64,000 nt of DNA, taken from NCBI RefSeq assembly GCF_006345805.1, contig NC_043013.1:43090001-43154000 (forward strand), read 5' to 3'. The translations under genes were made by a program, and so were the position numbers. Each line of letters begins with the position of its first letter. Positions within the stretch are counted from its first letter, which is position 1. This DNA is from Octopus sinensis. Taxonomy: Eukaryota. This document shows, one piece after another, positions 35,875 through 50,190 of this stretch. The notes under the pieces are model-generated. The model saw only the letters and a program-made list of their open reading frames with translations, was not told the DNA's origin and ran no database searches.

Positions 35875-37491
35875 GTAAACTTAAAAACCTCTGACATCGA
35901 CCACCTCTTTTGTCACTTTTAACTCCCTCCCCCCGTCTTCCTCATCTATTTCCAACGTTTATATCTTCTGTTTTTTACTTGGTTCTGTCATTTGACTGTG
36001 ACCATGCTGGGGCAGCGTTTAAAGAATATTTGTATGTAATTTCGATTCTTCAAAGTCAAGTCGAGCAGTTATAAAAACCCTGGATTTTAGGAAAAACAAA
36101 TCAACCCAGGACTTTTTTTTCAAGCCTAGTACTTATTATCTATCGGTCTATTTTGCCGAACCGCTATGTTACGGAGACGTAAACATACCAACACTGTTGC
36201 AAGCAGCGCTAGGGGACAAACACAAAGACACACACACACAGCACGCATATGATGAGCTTCTTTCAGATCCCATCTACCAAATCCACTCACAAGGCTTTGA
36301 TCGGTCCGAGGCTATAGTAAAAGACACTTGCCCAAGGTGCCATGCAGTGAGACTGAATCTGGGGCCATGGGGATTTGGAAGCAAGCTTTTTGCTACGCCA
36401 GCACCTTAATCAACGGTTTTAATGGTTTTTCCAATCTACTACAAATATTCTTTAAACGCTGCCCCAGCATGGTCACAGTCAAATGACAGAACCAAGTAAA
36501 AGACAGAAGATATAAACGTTGGAAATAGATGAGGAAGACGGGGGGAGGGAGTTAAAGGTGAGGCAATGTTTCGGAAACATTGCCAGGTGACAAAAGAGGT
36601 GGTCGGTGTCAGAGGTTAACGAATATTTCATCAGTTGGATCTTTTCGGTTTGAACGGCAGTTTTTAAAAATAATTTCCACGTAACTAAACACTTTTAAAC
36701 TTCATATACTGGTAGAATGTGTTTATAAAACATCTTTTTCTCTTGGCTTTATTGAGAAAATTCTATAGTTTGTAAGATATTTGTAGTTTTTTTTCTACAA
36801 TTTCTGCAATTTCAACCAATCACTGACGTCCATTGAGGTAAAAAAACATTCTGTGCCATATGAATATCCCTCATTTAAGAAACAGATTGGGTTTATTTAC
36901 ATTTGTGAAGAAAAAAAGATACCCTTCCCCCCACCCCTAACCCTAACCCTAAAAGAGATTGAAATGCAATAGATCGATACTAGGGTCATGATTATGGGTG
37001 ACAATTTCATATGACACCGCTAGAAAAAACTGCCGTTCAAACCGAAAATATCCCATCAGTTTATAGTGATTAATTACAATCTTTCCTCGGCCACAATAGA
37101 ATCACTCATGCTACAGAGACTAATTAACATGTACTATTACGACAACGACATGGTGACTTGGCATGGTCGTTAGAGCATCTTTTCAAATGCTTTGCTGTAT
37201 TTGTTCCTACTCTGCGCTCCAGGTTCAAATCCCACCGAGGGCAACTTTACTTTTCATCATTTCAAGATCCATTAAAAGAAATGCCAATCGACGGCAGTGG
37301 ATTCTCCGAACTGCAAGAATGTTGAACTGATGTACTTGTGGTATTTGGTCTGGCGCTTGGCATTCTGCGTTCAAATCCTGCCATGGACTATTTGGATGGT
37401 AAACTTAATCCATCGCCTTATTCAACACTGTTACTTGGTCCTTCAGCGAACTTCATTCTGTTGCAAGCATCTGGGCCAAGTTTTGTGATAC

Positions 37492-37549
<58 letters not shown>

Positions 37550-39995
37550 GTCTCAGAGACCATGTAAAGATTCATGTGTATTTGTCTTATCATCTGACTA
37601 AGAAAGAAAAAAGATTTGATTGGAGTGAAATACTCTTTTGCTATAAACTCTTTAGAACAAGTCGCATCTTCTTTGATTGTCTCCAGTTTTTCTCAAAATC
37701 AAATGTAAGTTTATGCAACACAATGCAACCATGAAATCCAGAATAATATTTTTACTGAAATTTCTTCATTCCCTTCGGTAAATTTATAGAAGAACACCCT
37801 TCCCGATTTTGGTGAACTAATTATTTACCCCCTTTTCTCCCGTGTCTTATCAATTAATCTGACCTTCGAACATGCCACAAAGGACTTCTTCTCGGTAATG
37901 AAGGAGGCTGATGGAAACCTTAGATTCCTCATCCCTGGAGTTTCCCTGACCATTTATGTGTGTGTGTTATCAATGAATATGACTTCCAAACCAATCGGAA
38001 ACAACTAGCTTTATAGAAAAAGAGGGTATAAGAGGGGTGGATAAGCTCATCGGAATTTCGCAGATCTAACTCCTCTTTTGCGTTTGGTGGGAAATAATTC
38101 CTTTTTTTCATTGATTTTACGTGTGCTATCAATTAATTTGGTCTCCAAACATGCCGCAAAGGACTACCCCACTATGTTTTCCGAGAGAAAAAAGTCTTTT
38201 TCAGCATGTTCCAATGTCAAATTAATTGAGAGCACATTAAAGAAAAAAACAAAAAAAAAAACTAGTAAAAATAATTATTTCCCACTGAAACCAAGAGGAA
38301 TGTTCTACAAATTTGCCTTCACTTTATTGGTTTTTCTCCTTCATTTCTACTTTGTTATTGTTTCTCAGTTGTTTAGTTCCCATGCTAACCCTGGTCAGTT
38401 GTGACCTATGATCAAGTCATGAACATCTCGTCTACCATCCAACAACAGAAATAGTCCTTCATTCAGGCTTCCACACCACCGGCGTAGCTAATAGGGAAGC
38501 AAGATAAACCACTGTTCCTCTCGAGCATATTAAAAAAAAAATTGGCATCATTTCAACAACAATTGAGAAATGATTTTGAAATTGTTTGATGTATTATGGT
38601 GCCTTTTGTATGTGCTTGCTCGCTCCCACTAACTTTAGAACCTGGCTACACTTCAATTCCATACTTCTCTAAAGTTTCACTGATGTGGCAATGAAGAACC
38701 ATAGTCTAAGATAGAAGACACTATCCTAAGTGCTGCAAATCCCAAACCACGTCACTTCAGAGCAAACATCTTAATGACATGGTCATGCCTTTGTAATATG
38801 TATGCGAATACATTTTGGTATTAGAATTATTACATTCTATGATTTTTTTTTTTTTGCTAAATAAACCTACTAAAGTTACTTCTGCAAGACTAAGTACTCA
38901 CTGAAGAATATGCAGTAGCTATCAATTTCTTTCATAGTTTTTTTTTTTCATTCCTTAAATCAGACACAACTCTGAAGTGATCCGCAACGACTCCTCAAAT
39001 ACTATGAATACCACAGAGGCCATCACCAAGAAAACCCAGGATGACATGACCAAGAAGCTAGGAGAGAGAATACAAGACATTAGTTTCTGGAAGTTTGAAC
39101 TTGAACGAGCTATCCAAGACATGCAAGATGAGATAGATCTGCAAGTGACAATGAAGAGACAACTGGAGAATGCACTGCGTTCTGTTGAGATACCGCTGCA
39201 CATTGCATCAGATAACCTGAACTGCAGGCTGCGTCGACAAGGAATTGATCTTGTTGAGGATATTGTTGAAAAAGCTTTACTTCAGGTAACTTAGACGATT
39301 TTGTTATTTGCTTACTTGTTTTTTTTTGTATTTGTTTTATTTGGTAGAATGTGCATTGGTGTATTAAGTTACGGTTGCTCAAATACTTTTATATAACAAT
39401 GGAGGTTACAGTGTTATGGGTAGCATATATATATATATATTAAAATAATGCAGTTAAGTCGTGCTTTTACTTCAATTATAATGAAAATGAATTAACTATT
39501 ATAATTGAATCCATAACGAAATTAAAATCACTTGAAATATTTCTTTAAATAAACACACTCACTGCATATGGTTTACTTTATGTACAGAGGCTTGGGGAAT
39601 CAAAGACGAAATGATTTATGAAAAATAATGCTTCGATTTATGTATTTTCATAACTTGTCTTGTCACTTGATTTAGTGCCTAAAACTTAAGGACTACTCTA
39701 TATATCTTCGGAAAGACTTCCGTTCGTCCCCACTACTCCTTCAATTTCTATTTTACTAGCCTTGAAGCCATCCCTCGGGTGGCATTCAGGCTAGCTCCTG
39801 AATAGTGGGGTCAGTGGCAGCCCTTCAGAAATTGAACCTCCTTACCAATACTCCCTGGGAGTTCACGGTATGAAATTCATTGTCATTGCTCCGATTTGAT
39901 CACCAGTGCCATGTATTTAGTTTAAAATGCAGTAAAAATAGTGTGTGTGTGTGTGTGTGTGTGAGTGAGTGAGTGAGTGAGAGAGAGAGAGAGAG

Positions 39996-40031
<36 letters not shown>

Positions 40032-42577
40032 CAGTTTTATTTCAAGATTTTTTGCCGATAAAGAGCCAGTTTCTAACCTAGATCCAAAGTTCCTGCGTTG
40101 GAATTTCAACATCAACAGCAGGGTATTTTTGTTTGTTTGTATGTATGTATGTATATGTACAAACTTGTATATTTTGTTTTGTGTGTGTATTCTCATGCAT
40201 ATAGTTGTACATGTAGACATGCTCATATATACTTAAATGATAAACTGCTGGACAGCTTTACAGACTGTTAAAGTTCCAGAGATGGATTGGATCTGTAGCT
40301 TTTGGATCAGCTTTCTCCTTTCTGGTTTTGAGAAGCCTAATTTCGCAAGATTGGTATTGAGGCAGTGTGTTACATATCCCAATGCCCCAATAATTACAGG
40401 TATAAACCTGAACTTGTAATCTGGATAGAATAGCTGTAGATTCCTCATTAGTTCAGTGTAGATATTTTCATTTTCACTGATCTTTAGCTTTTATCTATGT
40501 ATGTATGCATGTATGTATTTATGTATATATGTGTGTCTCTTCTATTTTTTTAATTATCATAAATCTTCCACTGAAGAGGGATCTGGTTTCCAACAAATAT
40601 ATAAGGCTCCATCTCTGAGGTGTAGTTAACACAGACAAATTTACAAAGTCTTGCATATTTTTACTGTTCCATTCACAGATTGGACTTGTAATGTACAAAT
40701 CACCCAGTCAGTTTCCCTTTCTGAAAACCCCAGTTTATCCAGATTCTCCTTTAAGCATTTACTAACAAAACCTAGTGCTCCAGTAGTAGTAGTAGTTGTT
40801 GTTGTTGTTGTTGCTGTTGTTGTTGTTGCTGTTGTTGTTGTTGTTGATGACGATGACGATGATGGTGGTGGTGGCGGTGGTTGCGGCGGCAGCGACGCTG
40901 ACGACGACGACGATGATGAGTGAGAGAGCAGTGCATACCATAAAAGTGACAATCATCATCATCATCATCGTTTAACGTCCGCCTTCCATGCTAGCATGGG
41001 TTGGACGGTTCAACTGGGGTCTGGGAAGCCCGAAGGCTGCACCAGGCCAGTCAGATCTGGCAGTGTTTCTACAGCTGGATGCCCTTCCTAACGCCAACCA
41101 CTCCGAGAGTGGATAAATATGGATAAATAAGCATTACAGTTGTCAAACTAATCTGAATGCTAAAGGGTCAACTATTTCTGAATTCAAAAGATGACCCTTA
41201 GGATTAATGGATGATGTGTGGCTTGGTGGGTTTTTCGAAGTAAGTTATTTTGTGTGACTTACTAAAGGTTTTGTCTTCAATGGTTACAGGAAGTCAAGTT
41301 AATTAACAATGTACAGGAACTTCTGAAGAAGACAATCGCAAAAACTGACGAACAACTCGAGTAAGTACCTATTTACATACAATGCATGAATGTGTGAAAG
41401 AGTGTGTATATGCATGTGTATATGTGCGAGAGTGTGCACTTGTATGCATTTGGATGTCCTCTTGTAAGTGTGTGTGAGTTTGTATCGACATGTGTTTGTA
41501 AGCATATGTATTGCATTTATATGTGTGTTTGCACCTATATGAAATTGTATGTGTGCACTTAAATGTGTGTCTGTGCCTCTGTGTGTATGTGTAAGTGTGT
41601 GTGCTTCTGTGTGTGTGCTTCTCTGTGTGTATGTTTGTGTGAGTACCGTGATATGTGTGTGTAGGAATGTGTGCATCTCTGTTTCAATATACATTGCACG
41701 TATCCTGTTGGCTTGTCTTTTTTTTAAAGATATAATAGGTTACAATTCTACTTTTCTTGTGAGGGACAAGGTACAAATATGTGTAAATATCTGTAAGAGA
41801 TTGTATGTATGTATGAATGTAAATACATACTTATGTCTGTACATATGCATTTATTAATGTGTGTATGTGTATACACACACACACACATATATATTATAAT
41901 AATAATAATAATATGTGGGAATATTATTCCAAACTTACAGGGAAAAATTCAATTTAGAAATACTAAATCAAATTTCACAAAATATAATATATTTATATAT
42001 ATATATATATAAATTAGAAAAAAAACACCTTTTATCAATTCAATAATGAAAAATTAAATTACACCATTTAGAAAAATTACATATTATAGAAAGATTAAAT
42101 ACAAGATAAAACATATAACAATGATTAAGCAATGTGCAAAATAATAAATAAAACGTATATATTAGGTAGAATAACGACGTGTTTCGTGGTTATATTTAAG
42201 AAATGATAATAGTAATAATAATAGTAGTAGTAAAATCACTTCAGTATAAATATAGCCACTCTTCAGGTTAAAGATAAAAACAATAATATAATTAATTAGA
42301 TAAATTAATAAATATAGTTAAATAATCTTGTAAAATACGATATATCTTAACAAATATCTGGACTTCAGATACATATGCTAGGTCACAAAAATATTCCTTC
42401 AGAATCAGATTCCAAAGGGCAAAGATATAGAAGAAACTTGTGTTTTAAACCCTGTCACTCAGTAGCTGGTCTTAAAAGTCATCTAAGGGCACATCAATGG
42501 AGTGATTGTACTGTGTGTTGGGGTGTGATGTGTATGTTGATGGGATGGCTATCATCTGTCAAGATGAAGCAATCATC

Positions 42578-42663
<86 letters not shown>

Positions 42664-42911
42664 TGTGGGTACGTATGTATGTATGTATATTTACTCTGCA
42701 GAATGGTTGGAGTTAGGAAGGGCATCTAGCCTTAAAAACCCTGCCAAAACACACACAGTAGCCTGATGTAGTCTTCTACCTGGTCAGCTCCTGTCAACTG
42801 TCCTACCTGTGCATGCATGGAAGTCAGATGTTAAACAATGATGACATATATACATGCATGCACACATACATACATACATACATACATACATACATACATA
42901 CACACACACAC

Positions 42912-42967
<56 letters not shown>

Positions 42968-45900
42968 TACATACATACATACATACATACATACATACAT
43001 GCATGCATGCATGCATGCATGCATGCATATCTGGAATATTCAAACTATGCTAACTTCAGGAAATTTATTGCACAATATACTTCACAGTTTCACATGTCCT
43101 CTGTAAATGATTTTAATTAATGACATCATTGATGACATCATTACCAGGAATAACCGTCTTACAAAGCAAAAGATGGAGATGGATTGGAGTGATAAAAAGG
43201 AGGCACTACAGATTGACAGTCGATGTGCAATACTGAGGAACCACCACACCAACAAGCAGTTCTTTCCTGGTTCAGCTAATTTCCAGGAAATGTAAGTATT
43301 TGGTCTTACAGTGGTGTAAATATTGGGTATCTGATGTCTTATTATTTATTTTTTTGTTTTTATTGGATAGTATGGGTAGCATGTTTTTTTCATATATCAA
43401 TATTATTATTATAATTTTATAGTTATGTATATCCTCTGACGAGGCCTTTGGTTATTTAAACAGACAAATATAATCTTTAATGCCTAGGATTATATTACAA
43501 TGGCATCTATAAGCAATTTAAGTTGGATTGTCTCTTGACCATAGGCTGAAACAGCTATAAGGAGCAGTTTATTTGTATTATTTTTATTTTATTATTAATT
43601 TGCATATTGATGTATATTGTTTTGTTCGATTTTCATGTTCCTATTTGTATAATTAATAAACAATGTGAAATTGTAATATCCGTAAATTGATGATCGAAAT
43701 GAATTTGTTCCTCCATTTTCTTGCCGCCTTGACTGGCTTCCGTGCCAGTGGCACGTAAAAAGCACCATCTGAATCGTGGCCGATGCCAGCGCCGCCTTGG
43801 CTGGCTTCCGTGCCGGTGGCATGAAAAATGCACCAATCTGATAGTGGCCATTGCCAGCATCACCTGGCACCTGTGCAGGTGGCACGTAAAAAGCACCCAC
43901 TACACTCATGGAGTGGTTGGTGTTAGGAAGGGCATCCAGCTGTAGAAACACTGCCAGATCAGACTGGAGCCTGATGCAGCTTTCTGGCTTCCCAGATCCC
44001 CGGTCGAACTGTCCAACCCATGCTAGCATGGAGAACAGACGTTAAACGATGATGATGATATATATATAGTAAGGTAGTTGTGACGGTGTGTCGCTTAGTT
44101 GGTTAGGCTTTTGGCTCATGATCATAGTCCTTCAGCAAGACACTTTATTTCACATTTCTCCAGTCCACTCAGCTGGCAAAAACGAGTTATACCTGTAATT
44201 CTAAGGCCAGCCTTGTCATATTCTGTGTCATGCTTCAATCTCCCTGAGAACTACACTAAGGGAGCACGTGTCTGTGGAGTGCTCAGCCACTTCCATGTTA
44301 ATTTCACAAGCAGGCTGCTCCGTTGATTGGTTCAACTAGAACCCTCGACATTATAACCAATGGAATGCCAGTTTAAATGTAAGGTAGTTACACAGTGTAC
44401 TCAATATTGTTGGAGCCACTACATGATAGCCTTAGCATCCAAATCCCCTTTGCATCTTAGCCAACTAGCTTATGCATGTATGCAAGCGTAAGCAAATGAA
44501 AGAGCCAAATATATTGTTGGTGTACTTGATAAAAATAACAGCCAATTCTTCCTTAAATCATGCATTACTATTTCAGTCAAAGAATGCATATTTCTGTAGT
44601 ATCTCAAAATCTGAGCAATAGCAGCCAAATTTCCCTCATAAATAGCAATCCTACTGTTTGTTGGTTTATATGTATGTATTAACAAACAACTCAAGGCCTC
44701 TCTGTGTTAGCAAGACATATTAGATAATTCTCTTTCAAATCATATCATTCTGTCTCAAGTTAGGTTTATGCAATATCTAAGCACTGCTGGTTACTTCTGC
44801 TGGAGGAAGTGTATTTAATTTTTAACTTCCTGTATGACACAGGACTGTATGGAACTGTATTGGCCAGCCAGCCAGTCCTGAAATAAATGATTTCACAACA
44901 ATTGTACTAACTTCGTTTACAATTCATTCTGAAGAAAGTAAGGCACTGTTTAAAGTATCATTCATTTCTTTTCTGTAGCAAAATCACTGCAGGATTGAGT
45001 TGCTGATGTAGAATATTTCCAACAGTATGTTAAGGGTTAACTAAAATTTAGAACAATACCAATATTGATTCCAAATTTTGGCACAAAGCCAGCAATTTCA
45101 GGGGAGGGATAAGTTGACTACATTGACCCCAATGCTCAACTTGTACTTATTTTATTGACCCCGAAAGAATGAAAGGTGAAGTTGATCCCAGCAGAATTTG
45201 AACTCAGAACATAAAGTTGGATAAAATGCCATTAAGCATTGACCCCGAAAGAATGAAAGGTGAAGTTGATCCTAGCAGAATTTGAACTTGGATAAAATGC
45301 CATTAAGCATTTCATTGGGCATGCTAATGATTCTGCAAGTTCACCACCTTAGAACAGTGCCAATATTGACAGGGAATGTAACCTTCCTTGAATTTATATC
45401 CACAACATTACATCAAAATTTGAAGATTATTATTGTTTTTTTGCAGTCCAAATGCTATAGATAGCTGCAGTATTTCTGATAAGCAAAAGAGACAGACAAA
45501 CATTATATATTTTTTTTATGTAGGACAAGAAACATTACAGTAATATGGAAGTCAGCTACTCAGAACATGTAAACATCAGTGAGAAAGGACATTTAAGGAC
45601 AAGTGGTTAAAATTTAAGCACAGTTATAAGTATGACAGAAGAAAGTGGTCACCACACACACACTATATCATAACTTGATACTGTGTGGACTGGGTTCCCT
45701 GTTGACAGGTCCCTGATATTATATAAAGTGTTAAACACTTATAGTATGCAAATTAGCAGCCTCAGTTTTCAGGAGTCACAAGATTTTATGGGTATTTAAA
45801 CAGATTGATTAATAGTTCCTTTGGGATTCTTCAAGTGAAGTAAACACTTCTGACCCCCACTAACAATCTCAATGCAATTAAAGTTGTTCGCCATTTTTTC

Positions 45901-48243
45901 CAGTCTATGGAGAAATACATAAATATGATGTTTGTATTGGATCATCCCATAAATATTTTGGTTTTGTATACGTCTTTTATTTTTCAAAATTAAGATGAAC
46001 AAATTTCTTTTTTATTCTAAAATATACTCTCTGTCATTTTCTACAATGCTCTTCCGTCTATCTGGTAGACTTGCAAGGCCCCCTCTTCCAAAATTCCCTT
46101 GTCCATGATGAAAAATACTCCTTGAATACTGTTATGACCTCATCAACAGAATTCATATTTTTTTTTGTCCAAATGATTTCGAAGACAGTGAGATAAATGA
46201 TGATCAGATGGGGCAATATCTGTATGTGGCTGAGCATTATCCTGATGGAAGAACAGCTTTCATCTTGAAACCAAAGATGGTTGTTTTTCTTCTAGCGCTG
46301 ACTTAAGCCACTCAAGCTGCTCACAGTAGATCTCCTTTGTTATCATTTGGCTTGGATGTAAAAGTTCAAAGTGGACTAAACCTTTCATATCCCACCAAAC
46401 AGATAACAACTTACATGGATGAAGACCTTCTTTAGCCTGTGGTGCCAGTGTTTCTCCTTTCCCAACCCGTTGTCATTGGCACTTGACATTTTTATAGAGA
46501 ACCCATTTCTTGTTACCAGTCACTATTTGGTCCAAAAATGGTTTGTTCGAGATGTGACAGCAAAGAAGAGCACATATTTACTCTCTGCACATGATTAAAC
46601 TCAGAAAATTTGTGAGGAAACCAGTGACCTAATTCACTGACTTTTCCAATGGCACATGGGTGTCAATGGCTAGTTGAATGACCAAATTCAAGCTTCTCTG
46701 CTAGTTCCTCAACAGTTACAATGGGATTTTGTTCCACCAGGGTTTGCAGGACGTCCTCGTTGAACTCTACATATCTTCCAGGATGAAGCTCATCTTCTAG
46801 AGTGTAATTTCTAGCTCAGAATTTCTGGAACCACCGTTGATACTGGCTTATGCTTATTGTCTGATCCCCATATACTGCATTAATATTCCTTGCACTTTCC
46901 GTTGCATTGTTGCCTTTTTTAAACTCATAAAGCAAAATATGCCGAATATGCTCCTTTGTCACTTCCATTAAAGCTTTGAAAAAATAACTGTTAAAATTGA
47001 ACTGCATTTTTCAAAATTTGCATTAAGAATAAGGACAAGGTGAAATTACTACCTGCCTTTGTAGCATGTTGATGCAGGTAGTTTATTCTGTTCCCCTCCA
47101 ACTTTTAGTTCATGCATTGAAAAAACTGCATTATTTATGGGATGACCCAATCTCTCTATTATATAATTTTGTATATATGTATGTATACATATAAATATAT
47201 ACATTTTTATTTCATTGAAGACAATCAACTCCTGAATCTTGGGCACAGTTCACCCATGACAACATAATTCTGGCTGAAAATGAGCGAAAGTCATCCATTC
47301 AGTTGCGAGAATGTGCAAAGAACATCTTGGAGGATACTTCCAGAGACCTGTTTGAGCAGAATAATATCGTACAGTCTGCTTTCCAGAAACGTCTGCAAGA
47401 ACTTGATGATGCCAAATTTAGACATGAAAGCCATTTGAAGAAGGTATTTATTCATTTTACCTCTCTCAGTGGAAAGTCCATTAAGTGGCTCTTATTTCCA
47501 AAGAGATTTTGACTGCATAATAATGTTAAAAATACAATTCTGTTACCAGTATAGCAAGACCCCAGCCGAGTTTTGAACCATTGCATTCATATTTCTCAGC
47601 TTTGAACCATGGCTAGTATAAAAGCCATTAAGCTCACACAATTGTGGCTCAGCCAATCAGATTGATTGGCGAGCTGAAATCTTCCTACCAAAAGGTCTAT
47701 GGACGATTGTAGGTTTTAGGTCAGCAGTGATAAATAGGCAAGCAAATTCAACTTTGAACAAAGCTACTTCAGGTTTATATAAGTCATGATTCTTTTCCCC
47801 CCTATATGATATTCTCTCATCTGTTCTGGCTAATTCAACCTCAGGCCAGAGAGTTGCTAAGACGTTTAGGGCCAATCTATGTCACTTATTGCAATGAGTT
47901 GTTCTCTACTCCATTTTCACTTTTAAGTAACATGCTTATGTTGTAGTAGAAAACAAGCACTAGTCTTTAGTTCTAGCGTCCTGTAACACATTGATTTCCT
48001 AGTAAGTTAAACATTATATTCATTGAACATTGAACCATTAATTTACTGAATGTGCATTTGTAAATATAATGATGCAGATTATTTACATTTGACAGATATT
48101 TGTCTTCATCTTGTTTGTTGTTAACATAATGTTTTGGCTGTTATACCCTCCAGCCTTCCTCAGTGTCTTGGGGAAATTTCGAACCTAGGTTTTCATTTCT
48201 AAGGTATTTTTCGATGTTGTTGTTGTTGTTGTTGTTATTGTTA

Positions 48244-48285
<42 letters not shown>

Positions 48286-50153
48286 TCACTGCCTGGAATC
48301 GAACTCGGAATCTTGGGGTTAGTAGCCCATGCTCTTAACCACTACAAACCCTAAGATTCCAAGTTCAATTCCAGACAGTGACCTGAATAATAATAATAAT
48401 AATAATAATGATAATAATGATAATAATAATGACAACAACAACAACAACATCAAAAAATACCTTAGGAATGAGAACCCAGGTTCGAAATTTCCCCAAGACA
48501 CCTGATGAAGGCTGGAGGGTATAACAGCTGAAATGTTGTGTGAACAACAAACAAGATGAGGACAAATATCCATCAAATGTAAATAATGTACATAATTCTT
48601 AATCTCTTAAATATAGAACTGTATTATAATGATGCAAGTTAATAAAATATTTGGTAACTCAAGTGTTGGTGTAGTTATTGTCTTCAACTTAGTGGTTCGG
48701 CAAAAGAGACCGATAGAATAAATACTAGGCTTACAAAGAATAAGTCCTGGGGTTGATTTGCTCGACTAAAGGCGGTGCTCCAGCATGGCCGCAGTCAAAT
48801 GACTGAAACAAGTAAAAGAGTAAAAGAGACATGCGATCTTCTTAAATTTTTAACTAAACTAGAAAAATGGTGTTGATTTTTTTTTTTTCCAGGTATGTCA
48901 AGAAATTTCTGATGAAGAGAAAAATATTGAAGGTCTGCTGAAGGCTATCAGAGACAAGGAAGATCCTCTAAAAGTTGCTCAAACCCGCCTTGATGCAAGG
49001 TCTCGCCGTCCAGGAGTTGAGCTGTGTAGAGATGGCATCCAAATTGGGTATGTTTGTTAAAAGTTAAATTACTTCTGTCCCAAGGTATTTGATGTTTCTC
49101 AAATATTTCTAAATCTATATTCAAATACCTTGTTTTTTAAAGTGTTTGTATTCTCAAGCAATGAGTGCATCCTAGAAGGTTCTAGATAGAAAGTTGCATC
49201 ATGTGATGTTTTGATGCTGATTGGTTAGTTAACTGATTACGTAACTGATTGGTTAGTTAACTGATTACGTGACTGGCTATTACTAAACTGTGGCTTTTCC
49301 TTGGCAATTTGTCAGTTCAGTTTCGAATCTGCTACTGTATCAAAGTTCTTTATAGTTATATTTACACTTTACAATGAAAAATAAAATTTTAAATCCATAG
49401 GCACAGGAGTGGCTGTGTGGTAGGTAGCTTGTTTACCAACCACATGGTTCCGGGTTCAGTCCCACTGCGTGGCACCTTGGGCAAATGTCTTCTACTATAG
49501 GCTCGGGCCGACCAAAGGCTTGTGAGTGGATTTGGTAGACGGAAACTGAAAGAAGCCCGTCATATATATGAGTCTGTGTTTGTCCCCCTAGCATTGCTTG
49601 ACAACCGATGCTGGTGTGTTTATGTCCCCGTTACTTAGCAGTTCAGCTAAGTACTGGGCTTACAAAAGAATAAGTCCCGGGGTCGAGTTGCTCGATTAAA
49701 GGCGGTGCTCCAGCATGGCCGCAGTCAAATGACTGAAACAAGTAAAAGAGTAAAAGAGTAAGGAGTATAACAACAACAAAAAAGAAAGAAAGAAAAAGAA
49801 AAAAAGCACATTCACTTCTCTAAAATATTGCTCACACTTTTCGAATGATGTACTTCATTTGGTACGTTGCACATCACATGCAAGATAGACACAGCTGTGG
49901 TTGTACCATTAGGAAGCTTGCTTCCCAACATTGTAGTCATGGGTTCAGTCTCACTTGGGGAAGTGTCTTGTACTGTTGTCCTGAGCTGACCAAAGCTTTG
50001 TATATTTTGGTAGACAGAAACAGAAAGAAGTCTAACTTGACTGACAAAACAAAACTCCGGATGTCCGTGTTTTTCCTTGTCCCTTTGTTGTGTCATCTCG
50101 CTGGATGTTTTGCGTTCTTGTCCCCTTTATATATATATATATATATATATACG

Positions 50154-50190
<37 letters not shown>

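Noticed and set aside
42784-43120. HT/YI/CV-repeat ORFs (also 41299-41857, 50032-50492, 51871-52334, 61619-61954)
   Set aside because: Microsatellite translations.
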